IMG/VR virus record: IMGVR_UViG_3300000976_000010
Reading direction: 5' to 3' (one strand)
Source of the DNA: a virus
DNA length: 45,138 nucleotides
Shown: positions 9,522 to 18,365 of the stretch, in pieces
Numbering within the stretch: the stretch's first letter is position 1
How the letters are laid out: each line of letters begins with the position of its first letter
Translations under genes and position numbers: made by a program
Notes under the pieces: model-generated
What the model was told of the DNA's origin: nothing
The model's input: the letters and a program-made list of their open reading frames with translations, nothing else
The model's database searches: none

Positions 9522-9887
9522 TTAATTATACGGTTGTAAAGTATAGTCCTGTAGCATCATCGCGTCATATGCTTCATCCTCTCCAAGATCGAACCAAGCC
9601 CCACCAAAGGGATACTGCCTAGCAACAAATTTCCACCCCAAAAAACCAATTCTTAATAGCACGCCTTCGTGTATAATAATATCATGCTCCCAAAGCATAT
9701 CCCCTTCGTGTGTTTTTAAATTTGTACACACCGATCTATTTAGAATATCATACATTTCAACAGGGAATAGATCCGCTAGATTGTTTTTTTCTAGGGTTAA
9801 AATGCTGTAATATTTCATATCAATCACACCTGTTTGTTTGTTCTTAACTGTGTATCTTATAACCCCGTTTTGATCTTCTTGGCTCAT
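9522..9887 (-). CDS. YopX-like protein
   Basis: TNLKTHEGDMLWEHDII resembles YopX TGLKDKNGxEIYEGDI. Confidence 0.5.
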   Translation of the reverse strand: MSQEDQNGVIRYTVKNKQTGVIDMKYYSILTLEKNNLADLFPVEMYDILNRSVCTNLKTHEGDMLWEHDIIIHEGVLLRIGFLGWKFVARQYPFGGAWFDLGEDEAYDAMMLQDYTLQPYN

Positions 9888-9891
9888 CTTT

Positions 9892-10224
9892 CTATTTGAA
9901 TTCGTTATAAAAAATGTCTATGTCTTGAATAGTTTTACGTATTAGCGAGTCCAACTTAAATAAATGATCTAGTGTCTTTTTCAATTTATTTAAATCGGTA
10001 ATATAGTGAGTATACAATATAAATCCTTCCTCGTTACAAAGAATAAATTCACACCTATCACACTCATGCTGTATAGAATACTTCCCATCTAAAAATTCCA
10101 ATGAAATATAATACTCAGTGTCGTTTTCGTGGTAAAATCTTTTTTCTAATCCTGCTTCTAGTGCATCTTTTTCGCTAATCATAATATTTTTTACAAATCT
10201 AACTCTTTGAATCCTATTTTCCAA
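9892..10224 (-). CDS. hypothetical protein
   Basis: ORF track. Confidence 0.6.
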   Translation of the reverse strand: MENRIQRVRFVKNIMISEKDALEAGLEKRFYHENDTEYYISLEFLDGKYSIQHECDRCEFILCNEEGFILYTHYITDLNKLKKTLDHLFKLDSLIRKTIQDIDIFYNEFK

Positions 10225-10251
10225 ATAAAAACCATTTATTTTAAAATGTTT

Positions 10252-10659
10252 TTATAAATTTCCTGTATCAGTTATTGAATAATTGGACATTACACTCTTC
10301 CAAGAAGAGGTCGTGAAGTCGTTTACGATTTGTGTTTTGTGTGTGTCGTCAAATGATGTTATATCTATTATAGTGTAAAGAGAAGATTCCTTTTTACTAC
10401 CAATACATCGGTAAATTTCAGCAGAACACCCCCACTTTATTGGAGTTGGTACATTTCCTTCCAATTTTAATAGTACTGACATTTTGTATATACTACCATG
10501 ATACACATGTGCTTTTTGGTGCGAATTATATTGGTAATGGTGAGTCATTACGCCATCCGATATAAAAAAGCTATCCATATCGGCATTAATTTCTTGTGGA
10601 GGCCAAGTTATGTTGGTTCTTTCCGATGTACATTGTAAAAAATCCTGTACTGTTTGCAT
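10252..10659 (-). CDS. hypothetical protein
   Basis: ORF track. Confidence 0.6.
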   Translation of the reverse strand: MQTVQDFLQCTSERTNITWPPQEINADMDSFFISDGVMTHHYQYNSHQKAHVYHGSIYKMSVLLKLEGNVPTPIKWGCSAEIYRCIGSKKESSLYTIIDITSFDDTHKTQIVNDFTTSSWKSVMSNYSITDTGNL

Positions 10660-10713
10660 TGTTATAATTTTTGCTTTTGTATTACTATTTGTACATAAAA
10701 TTAAACGTCAAAA

Positions 10714-11664
10714 ATGCCTATAAATCACATCCATCAACAACAATTAGACAATATAACACAGAATATTAGCACCACCCAATTCAAATCCGCATCAGAAGAA
10801 TTGAGAAGGTTTATGGATGAAAAAGGGGGAGCGTTGAACGGCTTTTATACATTACCCGACCCTCACGTAGTAGGTTTCAAGGTTTTCTTTCATTTCCACG
10901 ATGAGGTGGGTCTATTGGCTAATGGTGATTTGAGGGGGAGTGCGGAGGCGTACTTAAACAGAATAGGAGAAACCAAAAGAGCCAATGTTTTATCTAAATT
11001 TAAACTTTTGCTAGAAGAGATTCAAACGGAGTACTCACATCAAATGACCACATTAGAAGGTGTTGGTGAGGGATATACAGAGGGATATGGAATAATTGAT
11101 AGAGAGGAGAGGGCTAGTATTACCATAAAATTTTTTGAGACATTAGATAATAAAATACAATCGCTTATTGGCATGTATCGACATATAGTTTATGACAAAA
11201 ATAGAGATGTTTGGGTTTTACCAATGAATATGAGAGAGTTTAATATAAGTATATACTTTTTTGATGCTATGTTTTATACAACCACACTAAACTTTTTGCC
11301 CACCTTTGAGAACCAAGACCTCTTAAAGATAAACCATACAATGCTGAATTATCATAAGTGTACAATCGGAGAAAAAAGTGGGGGGGCGTATTTTGAAAAC
11401 ATAACGAGGGGGAATGCTGAACCTAGCATGAACAATTTAATTATCGAATATAATAAATCAGATGTTTCTTATTTATTTAGGAACATTTCGGGAGACACTT
11501 CCATTAATTCACAAACAATTAGTATTGCCACAGCAGTATTAACGGAAGAGTTAAATCTTGATAATATTTCGGTAGAGACGGGATTTATAGGAAATCCCAA
11601 CGAAACACGTAAGGTGAATGAATTGGAAATTAAGTATGCAAAGCCCGATAGCCTCGTAGAATAA
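10714..11664 (+). CDS. putative virion structural protein (tube/baseplate-related)
   Basis: GTACATA 10691-10697; ITIKFFETLD resembles tube-fold proteins. Confidence 0.45.
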   Translation: MPINHIHQQQLDNITQNISTTQFKSASEELRRFMDEKGGALNGFYTLPDPHVVGFKVFFHFHDEVGLLANGDLRGSAEAYLNRIGETKRANVLSKFKLLLEEIQTEYSHQMTTLEGVGEGYTEGYGIIDREERASITIKFFETLDNKIQSLIGMYRHIVYDKNRDVWVLPMNMREFNISIYFFDAMFYTTTLNFLPTFENQDLLKINHTMLNYHKCTIGEKSGGAYFENITRGNAEPSMNNLIIEYNKSDVSYLFRNISGDTSINSQTISIATAVLTEELNLDNISVETGFIGNPNETRKVNELEIKYAKPDSLVE

Positions 11665-11737
11665 GTATATAAAAAATACTATAGAACCAAATTAAACGGT
11701 ACATAATACAATTACTAACCAACCAAAGTAAAAAAAA

Positions 11738-12097
11738 ATGAAAAGAGGTAGCAGAAAAGCTAGAATAGACGAATCACGGGTGTTAAAGTTTGTGCAAACA
11801 CTAATTAGTAACGGCTCAATAGACAAGGAAGACGCACCGTTGGTCATGAACGCCTTATCAAATGGTGCTAATAGTGGAAATATTAAATTTATAAAGAACA
11901 CAAAAAGGGGCGGTTTTGAAACAGACTTGTATGGAAAGGTGGAATTTGACGTTAAAAGTGGAAAGGTTTTGGTTAAGGTGGATAACAATTACGCCACCTT
12001 TTCAGTATCGGAAATAGAGGGGATGACTGCCGTTAATGGAGCTATTGAATTCCTTACAAGTGATGGCTTTCGTATTCAATTCTTTGCTTACTCTTAA
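11738..12097 (+). CDS. late hypothetical protein, probable paralog of 31228-31593
   Basis: GTACATA 11699-11705; similar C-terminus (IEFLTSD vs IKFLTED). Confidence 0.7.
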   Translation: MKRGSRKARIDESRVLKFVQTLISNGSIDKEDAPLVMNALSNGANSGNIKFIKNTKRGGFETDLYGKVEFDVKSGKVLVKVDNNYATFSVSEIEGMTAVNGAIEFLTSDGFRIQFFAYS

Positions 12098-12260
12098 ACA
12101 TATAAATTGAGCATTTATTATTATGATATAGTTCCTTTAAGTGTGTTATACAAGGTTAGAAAAGGTGGATAACAAAAAGATGTATTCAATTCCATAATAG
12201 CTATTCATTTTTTCTGCCCTTTTAATTCACTAAAAACTTGCAAATATCAAAAGCTTGTTG

Positions 12261-12268
12261 TATCTTTG
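12261..12268 (+). promoter_or_regulatory. Bacteroidota-type -7 box TATCTTTG with TTG near -33
   Basis: CTTG at 12237-12240 followed by TATCTTTG. Confidence 0.7.
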
Positions 12269-12321
12269 TAAAATTGTACAGAAGTATTAAATTGATTATT
12301 AGTTATTAAATAAAAACGGTA

Positions 12322-12504
12322 ATGAAGAAGGTTTACGAAATTGAATGCGAGTGGGAAATGCCATTAGCGAATGGGCTATTTGAATCAAGAGAGAAAGCGC
12401 AGGAAGCAATTAATAATGAAGATTGGGAATCCTATGTAGAATATACATTGGAAGAAGTACAAAACGGCCGCTTTGTTTATATAATTGAAAGAGAAGTTAA
12501 ATAG
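12322..12504 (+). CDS. small hypothetical protein
   Basis: ORF downstream of promoter. Confidence 0.65.
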   Translation: MKKVYEIECEWEMPLANGLFESREKAQEAINNEDWESYVEYTLEEVQNGRFVYIIEREVK

Positions 12505-12554
12505 GATTAATTGCATACAGCGCATTGTATAAGATGTGTTGTATGCAATTAATC
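12505..12554. repeat. 22-bp hairpin (15 bp perfect, plus G.T-containing extension)
   Basis: GATTAATTGCATACA...TGTATGCAATTAATC. Confidence 0.85.
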
Positions 12555-12654
12555 GTTTAGAATTGATTGAATAAAGTAGCAATGAATTCTACACGTTGTT
12601 ATGCACTTTTAAACGGTGGAAAACTAAGTAAGATGAGTATAAAAAAGATTAAAC

Positions 12655-13014
12655 ATGCTTTCACTCAATAGTGTAGAAGAGTTACACGAACGTATTATAG
12701 ATACACATACCGAACTTACAGGCTACCAAAAAACAACATTAAAGGCGTTTTTTAAACAGTTTCTAGTTATTCAAGAAACGATTGACCCTACACGAATTAA
12801 TGATTTTGAATGGCATTATAACAGTAATGATGAAGAATTTTTGTTATATAGAAAAAACGAAAAAGGATTAATTAATATTGTAATTCATGAAGAAGAAATG
12901 TTTGCTTTTTCGTACATTGATAATCTTGATAAATCAAATAGCTATTTGGATTTTTATGAAGAAGTGGATAGTGCTATTGATTATGAAAAAATTGCTTTAA
13001 AATTCTTTTCTTAG
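12655..13014 (+). CDS. hypothetical protein
   Basis: ORF track. Confidence 0.7.
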   Translation: MLSLNSVEELHERIIDTHTELTGYQKTTLKAFFKQFLVIQETIDPTRINDFEWHYNSNDEEFLLYRKNEKGLINIVIHEEEMFAFSYIDNLDKSNSYLDFYEEVDSAIDYEKIALKFFS

Positions 13015-13042
13015 TATATCCGATTTTTAAAATAAATTAACC

Positions 13043-13144
13043 ATGAAATTAACCAAAGAATTAAAGGAACGTATAGACGCATATTTTGACAGTAAAACAC
13101 CCGAGGAGTTGTGGGAAATTTGGTGCAAATATCTAAAGGAATAG
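13043..13144 (+). CDS. 33-aa hypothetical protein
   Basis: MKLTKELKERIDAYFDSKTPEELWEIWCKYLKE*, A-rich leader; below the ORF-track cutoff. Confidence 0.5.
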   Translation: MKLTKELKERIDAYFDSKTPEELWEIWCKYLKE

Positions 13145-13152
13145 GCTTTCAC

Positions 13153-14445
13153 CTACTGTCTAAGACCTGTTCCTGTTATATACATAGGCGAATTTCTTTT
13201 ATATACGTATTGCAGGTCTAGTATGTGAAACTTTCCACTGAGCTTTAGCTTTATTATGCCACTCTGAGGGGTTGACTTATCTACTGCCTCACCTGTCCCT
13301 ATCTCTTCCTTTTGGTTGTTTGTGGTACTATTACGCATTGAATGCTCAATATAAAAATCGAAATTCCCCCCAATAAAAATGTTTGGATTGTAGCGATCAA
13401 GTTTAAAATTTATTCGTGTTCCTTGTGTTAGTGTATCTCGAATTTGCCTGTTTTTTTCTTCTATAAATCCATATTCAGAATGTAGACTATCTCTATCATA
13501 TCTACCGTTGTCTAATTTATGAACCCCCTCAACAGATAAAGACGTATTTATTTCCGTTTCCTGTATTGATATTTCTTTAAATTTTTCGCCATTATTATCA
13601 CTATAGACACCTAATGTATAGTTTTTTAAATATTTTTCCATATTGCTATTAGATGTCCAAGAATTTAAAGGGATGGAATCGTCAATACCCTCCTCCTTTT
13701 CCGATTTGTTAGATATTACCAACTTTATCGGATTCACTTTTTTTCCTGATGGATCGTTTTCAATAAAGTATTGTGTAGTGTCTTCTATGGCAACGGATAA
13801 CTGTAATACGGTTAAGTTAGCAAATGCGTCAACATATATAATTATGCAATCATTTTCGATACTAGAACGCTTCTCTATCACTCTTAAAAGGTCAATAAGA
13901 CTAGTATTGGTCAACCATAAAGAATTGTCAGTAGGGTTTTGTGTTATGTTAGTAGTAAAGCCCAAATCGCTAAATTTAGCTATTTCCTTTATCGCATTGA
14001 GGCTATTCCCATTATATCCCCACTGTCTCTTAGCTGCCATTTTTGGAACATAAAGAACGGCATTGAATGTTATATTTTTGCTTCCTGAAATGCCACTAAT
14101 GCTAGTTATTTTATAGTCGTTTTTAATTTTTTCATTGGAACTGTCTGCTGTTATTGATATATAAACAGTCAACATCGAATCTCCCTTTACAAATTCGTCT
14201 GTTAGTTGATTCCCCCTAAAATTCATATCACTATCATCTATAGTCAAACTGATTGTGGGTAATAAACTCTCTCCCACATTTAACCTAAATGACTTAATCT
14301 CGTCTTTTTCAAAGGTGACATCACCTATTCGTATGAGTGGGAATAAATACCCCACCTCATCCAAGTTCCTTTCATCATTGCCCTTGTCTTGGCGTACTAT
14401 TATTTTTTGGGTTGGTAGCTTGTGTTGAAATTTATTATCTAACAT
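13153..14445 (-). CDS. putative baseplate hub / tail protein (gp27-like)
   Basis: GTACATA 14456-14462; size and beta-rich pattern (LPTISLTIDDS; C-terminal LSGKFHILDLQYVY). Confidence 0.5.
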   Translation of the reverse strand: MLDNKFQHKLPTQKIIVRQDKGNDERNLDEVGYLFPLIRIGDVTFEKDEIKSFRLNVGESLLPTISLTIDDSDMNFRGNQLTDEFVKGDSMLTVYISITADSSNEKIKNDYKITSISGISGSKNITFNAVLYVPKMAAKRQWGYNGNSLNAIKEIAKFSDLGFTTNITQNPTDNSLWLTNTSLIDLLRVIEKRSSIENDCIIIYVDAFANLTVLQLSVAIEDTTQYFIENDPSGKKVNPIKLVISNKSEKEEGIDDSIPLNSWTSNSNMEKYLKNYTLGVYSDNNGEKFKEISIQETEINTSLSVEGVHKLDNGRYDRDSLHSEYGFIEEKNRQIRDTLTQGTRINFKLDRYNPNIFIGGNFDFYIEHSMRNSTTNNQKEEIGTGEAVDKSTPQSGIIKLKLSGKFHILDLQYVYKRNSPMYITGTGLRQ

Positions 14446-14503
14446 ATTTTTAAATTATGTACTTAGGTTAAAGAAAATATGAAATGAACTATTATAAAAA
14501 GGT

Positions 14504-14581
14504 TTTAATATGTTAAGAAAACGTTAAAATTACGTATAGTTAGGAATAACAGAATTAATGTACTATATTTGTATCAACAAG
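14504..14581 (+). repeat. 78-bp promoter/start repeat, copy 1
   Basis: Two mismatches to 14949-15026; contains GTTAA-N6-GTTAA, ATG 14558 and TATATTTG 14564-14571. Confidence 0.95.
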
Positions 14582-14953
14582 TATATCAGAAAAGAACTTG
14601 ATGAAGAGATTCGTAAAGTAGGACTTGAAGGGCGAAGTGAGTACCTTTATAATTTGAAAAAAGGGGATTCCGAACTCAAAGCATTTACCAACGGAATTAA
14701 GATGGTTCACAGCCATGATTTCAAATCTTTTTCCATCGTTTTTTCTATCCACGGTGAACACAGGAGATTATTCATAACACACACATGCAGCTCGGATAAT
14801 AGTGAAATTTATGAAGGTGAGAAAATAATATTCGACTTGGGCTGTCACGGCCACAGCAAAGAGATAATGAAAGTTGTTATTGAAGCTGTAAGAGATTTTG
14901 GTGATGTTTATTATACGCCTAATGATGCGGAGCAAGAATACAAAAAGATTTAA
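14558..14953 (+). CDS. hypothetical protein flanked by the 78-bp repeats
   Basis: Starts MYYICINK inside repeat 1; stop TAA inside repeat 2. Confidence 0.6.
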   Translation: MYYICINKYIRKELDEEIRKVGLEGRSEYLYNLKKGDSELKAFTNGIKMVHSHDFKSFSIVFSIHGEHRRLFITHTCSSDNSEIYEGEKIIFDLGCHGHSKEIMKVVIEAVRDFGDVYYTPNDAEQEYKKI

Positions 14954-15026
14954 TATGTTAAGGAAACGTTAAAATTTCGTATAGTTAGGAATAACAGAAT
15001 TAATGTACTATATTTGTATCAACAAG
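14949..15026 (+). repeat. 78-bp promoter/start repeat, copy 2
   Basis: 445 bp downstream of copy 1. Confidence 0.95.
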
Positions 15027-15389
15027 GAAAATACATACCCCCAATTAGACATTAAAAAGGTAGAAGAATACTTAGAGAATAGAGGGTATGTAGAACTAGT
15101 AGTGGACGGCATCATTAATATTTACTACGAAGAATCGGATGTTTATCAAATGCTTTTGGAATCATCTCAATCCAATGTCTCCGTTGTGCTTAGACACAAG
15201 CATCTTTCAAAATGGGAATTGGAAGAAACGTACTTGGAAAGGTATCAACACGACATTAATCGCTTAAAGTCGGTTCGTGCTAAACTGCTTAAATCGCATT
15301 ATCGTGTTAATTACGAGGACGAAAAGTTATTATTTTTGAAGCAAAATAAAAGAAAACTGCAAGACCTCCTAGACCGATTGGAAGATTAG
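15003..15389 (+). CDS. hypothetical protein
   Basis: Starts MYYICINK inside repeat 2; remainder unrelated to the previous ORF. Confidence 0.6.
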   Translation: MYYICINKENTYPQLDIKKVEEYLENRGYVELVVDGIINIYYEESDVYQMLLESSQSNVSVVLRHKHLSKWELEETYLERYQHDINRLKSVRAKLLKSHYRVNYEDEKLLFLKQNKRKLQDLLDRLED

Positions 15390-15460
15390 AAAAAGAAGGC
15401 CAAAAGGTTATCGACTATTGCAACCAAAATCAAATACTTTGATTATTTACATACAACAAT

Positions 15461-15591
15461 GAAGCTGTAGCTCAGTTGGTAGAGTGTTTCACGATAAGTC
15501 TAGGGAGGGGTTCGAGTCCCAAATGTCTCAAAGGCATTCAAGGGTAAACCTAGCATGGAACGGGTCGGTGGTTCAAATCCACCTAGCTTCT
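15461..15591 (+). ncRNA. tRNA-like RNA with a 64-nt structured insert replacing the anticodon loop
   Basis: Acceptor GAAGCTG/TAGCTTC, D arm GCTC-AGTTGGTA-GAGT, stem (G)TTTCA/TGGAA(C), T arm GGTGG-TTCAAAT-CCACC; insert 15492-15555; no CCA encoded. Confidence 0.85.
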
Positions 15592-15592
15592 T

Positions 15593-15629
15593 GGGAATCT
15601 AAAGCTTTGAGCTTAGATTCCCTTTGTTT
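15593..15629 (+). terminator. intrinsic terminator directly after the tRNA-like RNA
   Basis: GGGAATCTAAAGC-TTTGA-GCTTAGATTCCC followed by TTTGTTT. Confidence 0.8.
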
Positions 15630-15631
15630 AT

Positions 15632-15638
15632 GTACATA
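15632..15638 (+). promoter_or_regulatory. GTACATA candidate late promoter of the gp6-like gene
   Basis: 13 nt upstream of ATG 15652. Confidence 0.7.
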
Positions 15639-15651
15639 GAATAAAGTAAAT

Positions 15652-17328
15652 ATGGCATTAAAAATATTCGACCAATTATCAATAAGAATGAGCAGAATGA
15701 GAACTCAAATAGACGAGTTCTTATCTACTAAATTGGGCTTAAATGATTCAGGAGAAGCGAGAATTTACAAGACAATTCTAGATGTTATTCAGGATATGAA
15801 TAGCTTATCCATGTTATACCAAGCTCAATCCCATAAGCAACTAGCTAAACAAACTGCCACAAAAGCAACATCAATAAGGGGTTTAGCGGCAATATCAGGT
15901 CATAATGCAACACGTCCCATATCCGCTAGGGGAACTGTATTACTAAGGAAGAATGAATCATTTTCTGTAGGTAGCTACTTGAATGTTTCGCCTTCTTCTA
16001 GTCTAATTTGCCAAACTAACAACCTGCCTTATATCGTTAATATTGACACGGAAAAGAAGTATTCCCTATCGACAAATTCACTTGAAATCCCGTTAATACA
16101 AGGTAAAATAAAAACACAGAGTTTTGTTATAGATGCGACTAGTGAAGACACAACACTTTACACAATACGATTGGATGATGAGGAGTATATAGAAAATTAT
16201 TCGATTAAAGTAAAGGTTAACAATGTAATTTGGAAAAAGGCCGATTCTTTATTAGACATGGCCTTTGGTGATTATGAGTACATTATAAAAAACGGTTGGC
16301 AATCTCAGGTAGATCTTATGTTTGGAGATTCTACACACGGAACAGAACTCAAACACGGTGATTTAGTAGAAGTAGAATACTTAGTAACAAACGGAGAGTT
16401 GGGGATATTAACAGCAAGTGACACATTTACAATTGTGGAAGGATTCACCAATTCAAATGGAGACGAATTGACCGATTTCATAATTACTAGAAATAGTGGG
16501 TTTATGTTGGCATCCAATGGGGAGAGAAGTGAGGTAACACGAAATTTAATCGGGTTTAGCTCAAGGTCTTTAACATTTGCGACTCCTCAAAATTTAAAGG
16601 CGTACCTAAGTAGACTTAGTATTTTATCACACATTTCCGTATACTCGGAAAAAAATAACGACCTAATAACCCATGTATTAGCTTTGCCATCGCTCAATTT
16701 CCTTAATAGCAGAGACTATCTAAATACTAGCGAATCATTCTTTAGGTTGAGCACAATACAGAAGAATGCTATAAAGGACATGATTAACAATTCTAGGAGA
16801 CAGTTTCCCTCTTCTGAAATCGTATTGGATGATCCAATCCTTAAAAGATACTCTATGTTGGTGTACATAAGAGGAGAATTTGATGATGATGCTCAAATAA
16901 AAAATGGTATATTGGATAACATATCTGAAATAATGTTGTCAGCAACCTTCAAAAGTATTGACATGAATTTTGATAACAGGATAGTCAATTCTGAATTTGT
17001 TAATTCAATATTCAATATGGATGAAATAGAATCGGTTAAAGTGAACATTTTTTCAGAGGATAATGAACAAGCCAAATATAATGGTTTTTATTTTGTAGAC
17101 GAGACTGTTGTTGAGGGAGCTAGTCGATTAGTAACGTCTGTCAGAAAAGAATTGCGCGATGGTGAAAATCCAAACATAGGTCTAAACAATCTGAATAGTA
17201 TAGTTGTGAGCGATGGCCAAGTTCCAATTTTGAGACCAATTGAACTTTATAGCAATGGAACTCTGAGAAGAGTTAATGATGCTGTTACTGTATTTGTGGA
17301 GCGAAACGGAATATTTAAGCAACTTTAG
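15652..17328 (+). CDS. baseplate wedge subunit, T4 gp6-like
   Basis: TATKATSIRGLAAISGHNATRPISA; LMFGDSTHG...VEVEYLVTNGELG. Confidence 0.85.
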   Translation: MALKIFDQLSIRMSRMRTQIDEFLSTKLGLNDSGEARIYKTILDVIQDMNSLSMLYQAQSHKQLAKQTATKATSIRGLAAISGHNATRPISARGTVLLRKNESFSVGSYLNVSPSSSLICQTNNLPYIVNIDTEKKYSLSTNSLEIPLIQGKIKTQSFVIDATSEDTTLYTIRLDDEEYIENYSIKVKVNNVIWKKADSLLDMAFGDYEYIIKNGWQSQVDLMFGDSTHGTELKHGDLVEVEYLVTNGELGILTASDTFTIVEGFTNSNGDELTDFIITRNSGFMLASNGERSEVTRNLIGFSSRSLTFATPQNLKAYLSRLSILSHISVYSEKNNDLITHVLALPSLNFLNSRDYLNTSESFFRLSTIQKNAIKDMINNSRRQFPSSEIVLDDPILKRYSMLVYIRGEFDDDAQIKNGILDNISEIMLSATFKSIDMNFDNRIVNSEFVNSIFNMDEIESVKVNIFSEDNEQAKYNGFYFVDETVVEGASRLVTSVRKELRDGENPNIGLNNLNSIVVSDGQVPILRPIELYSNGTLRRVNDAVTVFVERNGIFKQL

Positions 17329-17344
17329 AATAATAACTTTAATA

Positions 17345-18277
17345 ATGAGAAACTATTTAAGAAAAATTAGTGAAGAGAGTGGAGCAAAATCTGCTATCAT
17401 GAATTTATTAAAATCGGGAAAAGCAAAAGACATACGCCTAGGATTCAAATTGGATGAAGGCCAAAAAATAGGCGTAGCAAAAGAGCTAAAGCGAAGCTTT
17501 AAAGGCTTACTTAAAACATTGAGGGTAGACATTGAAGAACTTTTTTTGATGAAACGCATGATAATAGATAGAAAGGTTATATCGGATCTGCCCGATGATA
17601 TAGTACTGCTACAGACTTTGGAAGTTATTAAAATAACAAATTGTGAATTAACACATATTCCAAAAAGCATAGGAAAAATGACTAATTTGGTTGAATTGGA
17701 TTTAAGAAACAATGAAATAGAGAAGCTGTCTCAATCCATCGGTAAATTGGAAAATCTACTGACGCTAAATATTAGCGGAAACAGAATTACTAGAATACCA
17801 AAGAGTATAGGCAAACTAAATAAGTTAACGAAAATTGATCTATCTGAGAATAACATAAGAACATTACCCGACTCCCTTGAGGGATTAATTTCACTAGAAG
17901 AATTTTATGCTACCAAAAACAGGCTCTCAAGTCTCCCACAATCCTTCTGCTTAATGCCAAAATTAAAAGTTGTTGGATTGGGTTATAATCAATTAAAGGG
18001 GCTTCCTGATAGCATGGAGGGATTGAAGAAGTTGGAAGTTTTATGGTTGAATCAAAATAAAATTAACTCCTTGCCTGATTCCGTATGTACACTTAAAAGA
18101 CTCAAGGATTTGGATATTCAGGATAACCCAATACCATCTCTTCCTACTAATTTCACTAGACTCGCCAATTTGATAATGTTACAAATAAGTGGCACTAATA
18201 TTGTAATCGCCATGAGCAACATAAAAGAAAAGATGAAAAAATTGCGAATCACTCAAGATAAATCCAATTCAATTTAG
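17345..18277 (+). CDS. leucine-rich repeat protein (about nine 23-aa LRRs)
   Basis: IPKSIGKMTNLVELDLRNNEI-type repeats; ATG 17345 follows the gp6 stop. Confidence 0.9.
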   Translation: MRNYLRKISEESGAKSAIMNLLKSGKAKDIRLGFKLDEGQKIGVAKELKRSFKGLLKTLRVDIEELFLMKRMIIDRKVISDLPDDIVLLQTLEVIKITNCELTHIPKSIGKMTNLVELDLRNNEIEKLSQSIGKLENLLTLNISGNRITRIPKSIGKLNKLTKIDLSENNIRTLPDSLEGLISLEEFYATKNRLSSLPQSFCLMPKLKVVGLGYNQLKGLPDSMEGLKKLEVLWLNQNKINSLPDSVCTLKRLKDLDIQDNPIPSLPTNFTRLANLIMLQISGTNIVIAMSNIKEKMKKLRITQDKSNSI

Positions 18278-18324
18278 TGAGGATAATGTATAAAATGGGT
18301 GCATTATGGTTTATTTAGGCGCAT

Positions 18325-18360
18325 ATATAACCACCCCGATGAAAATGGGGGTGGTTATAT
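18325..18360. terminator. hairpin between convergent genes
   Basis: ATATAACCACCCC-N10-GGGGTGGTTATAT. Confidence 0.7.
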
Positions 18361-18365
18361 TAAAA

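Noticed and set aside
11975-12174. AAGGTGGATAACAA present at about 11975 and 12162
   Set aside because: A single 14-mer match with no further structure; it may be chance.
14504-15026. CRISPR array
   Set aside because: Only two 78-bp repeats separated by a whole gene; no cas genes in the window.
15492-15555. Group I or BHB intron in an ordinary tRNA
   Set aside because: Too short for group I, no bulge-helix-bulge, and no excision I tried gives a canonical loop with U33 and purine 37.
16863-16869. GTACATA inside coding regions (also 4527 and about 18085 on the minus strand)
   Set aside because: Several chance hits are expected in AT-rich DNA, and these are not close to starts.
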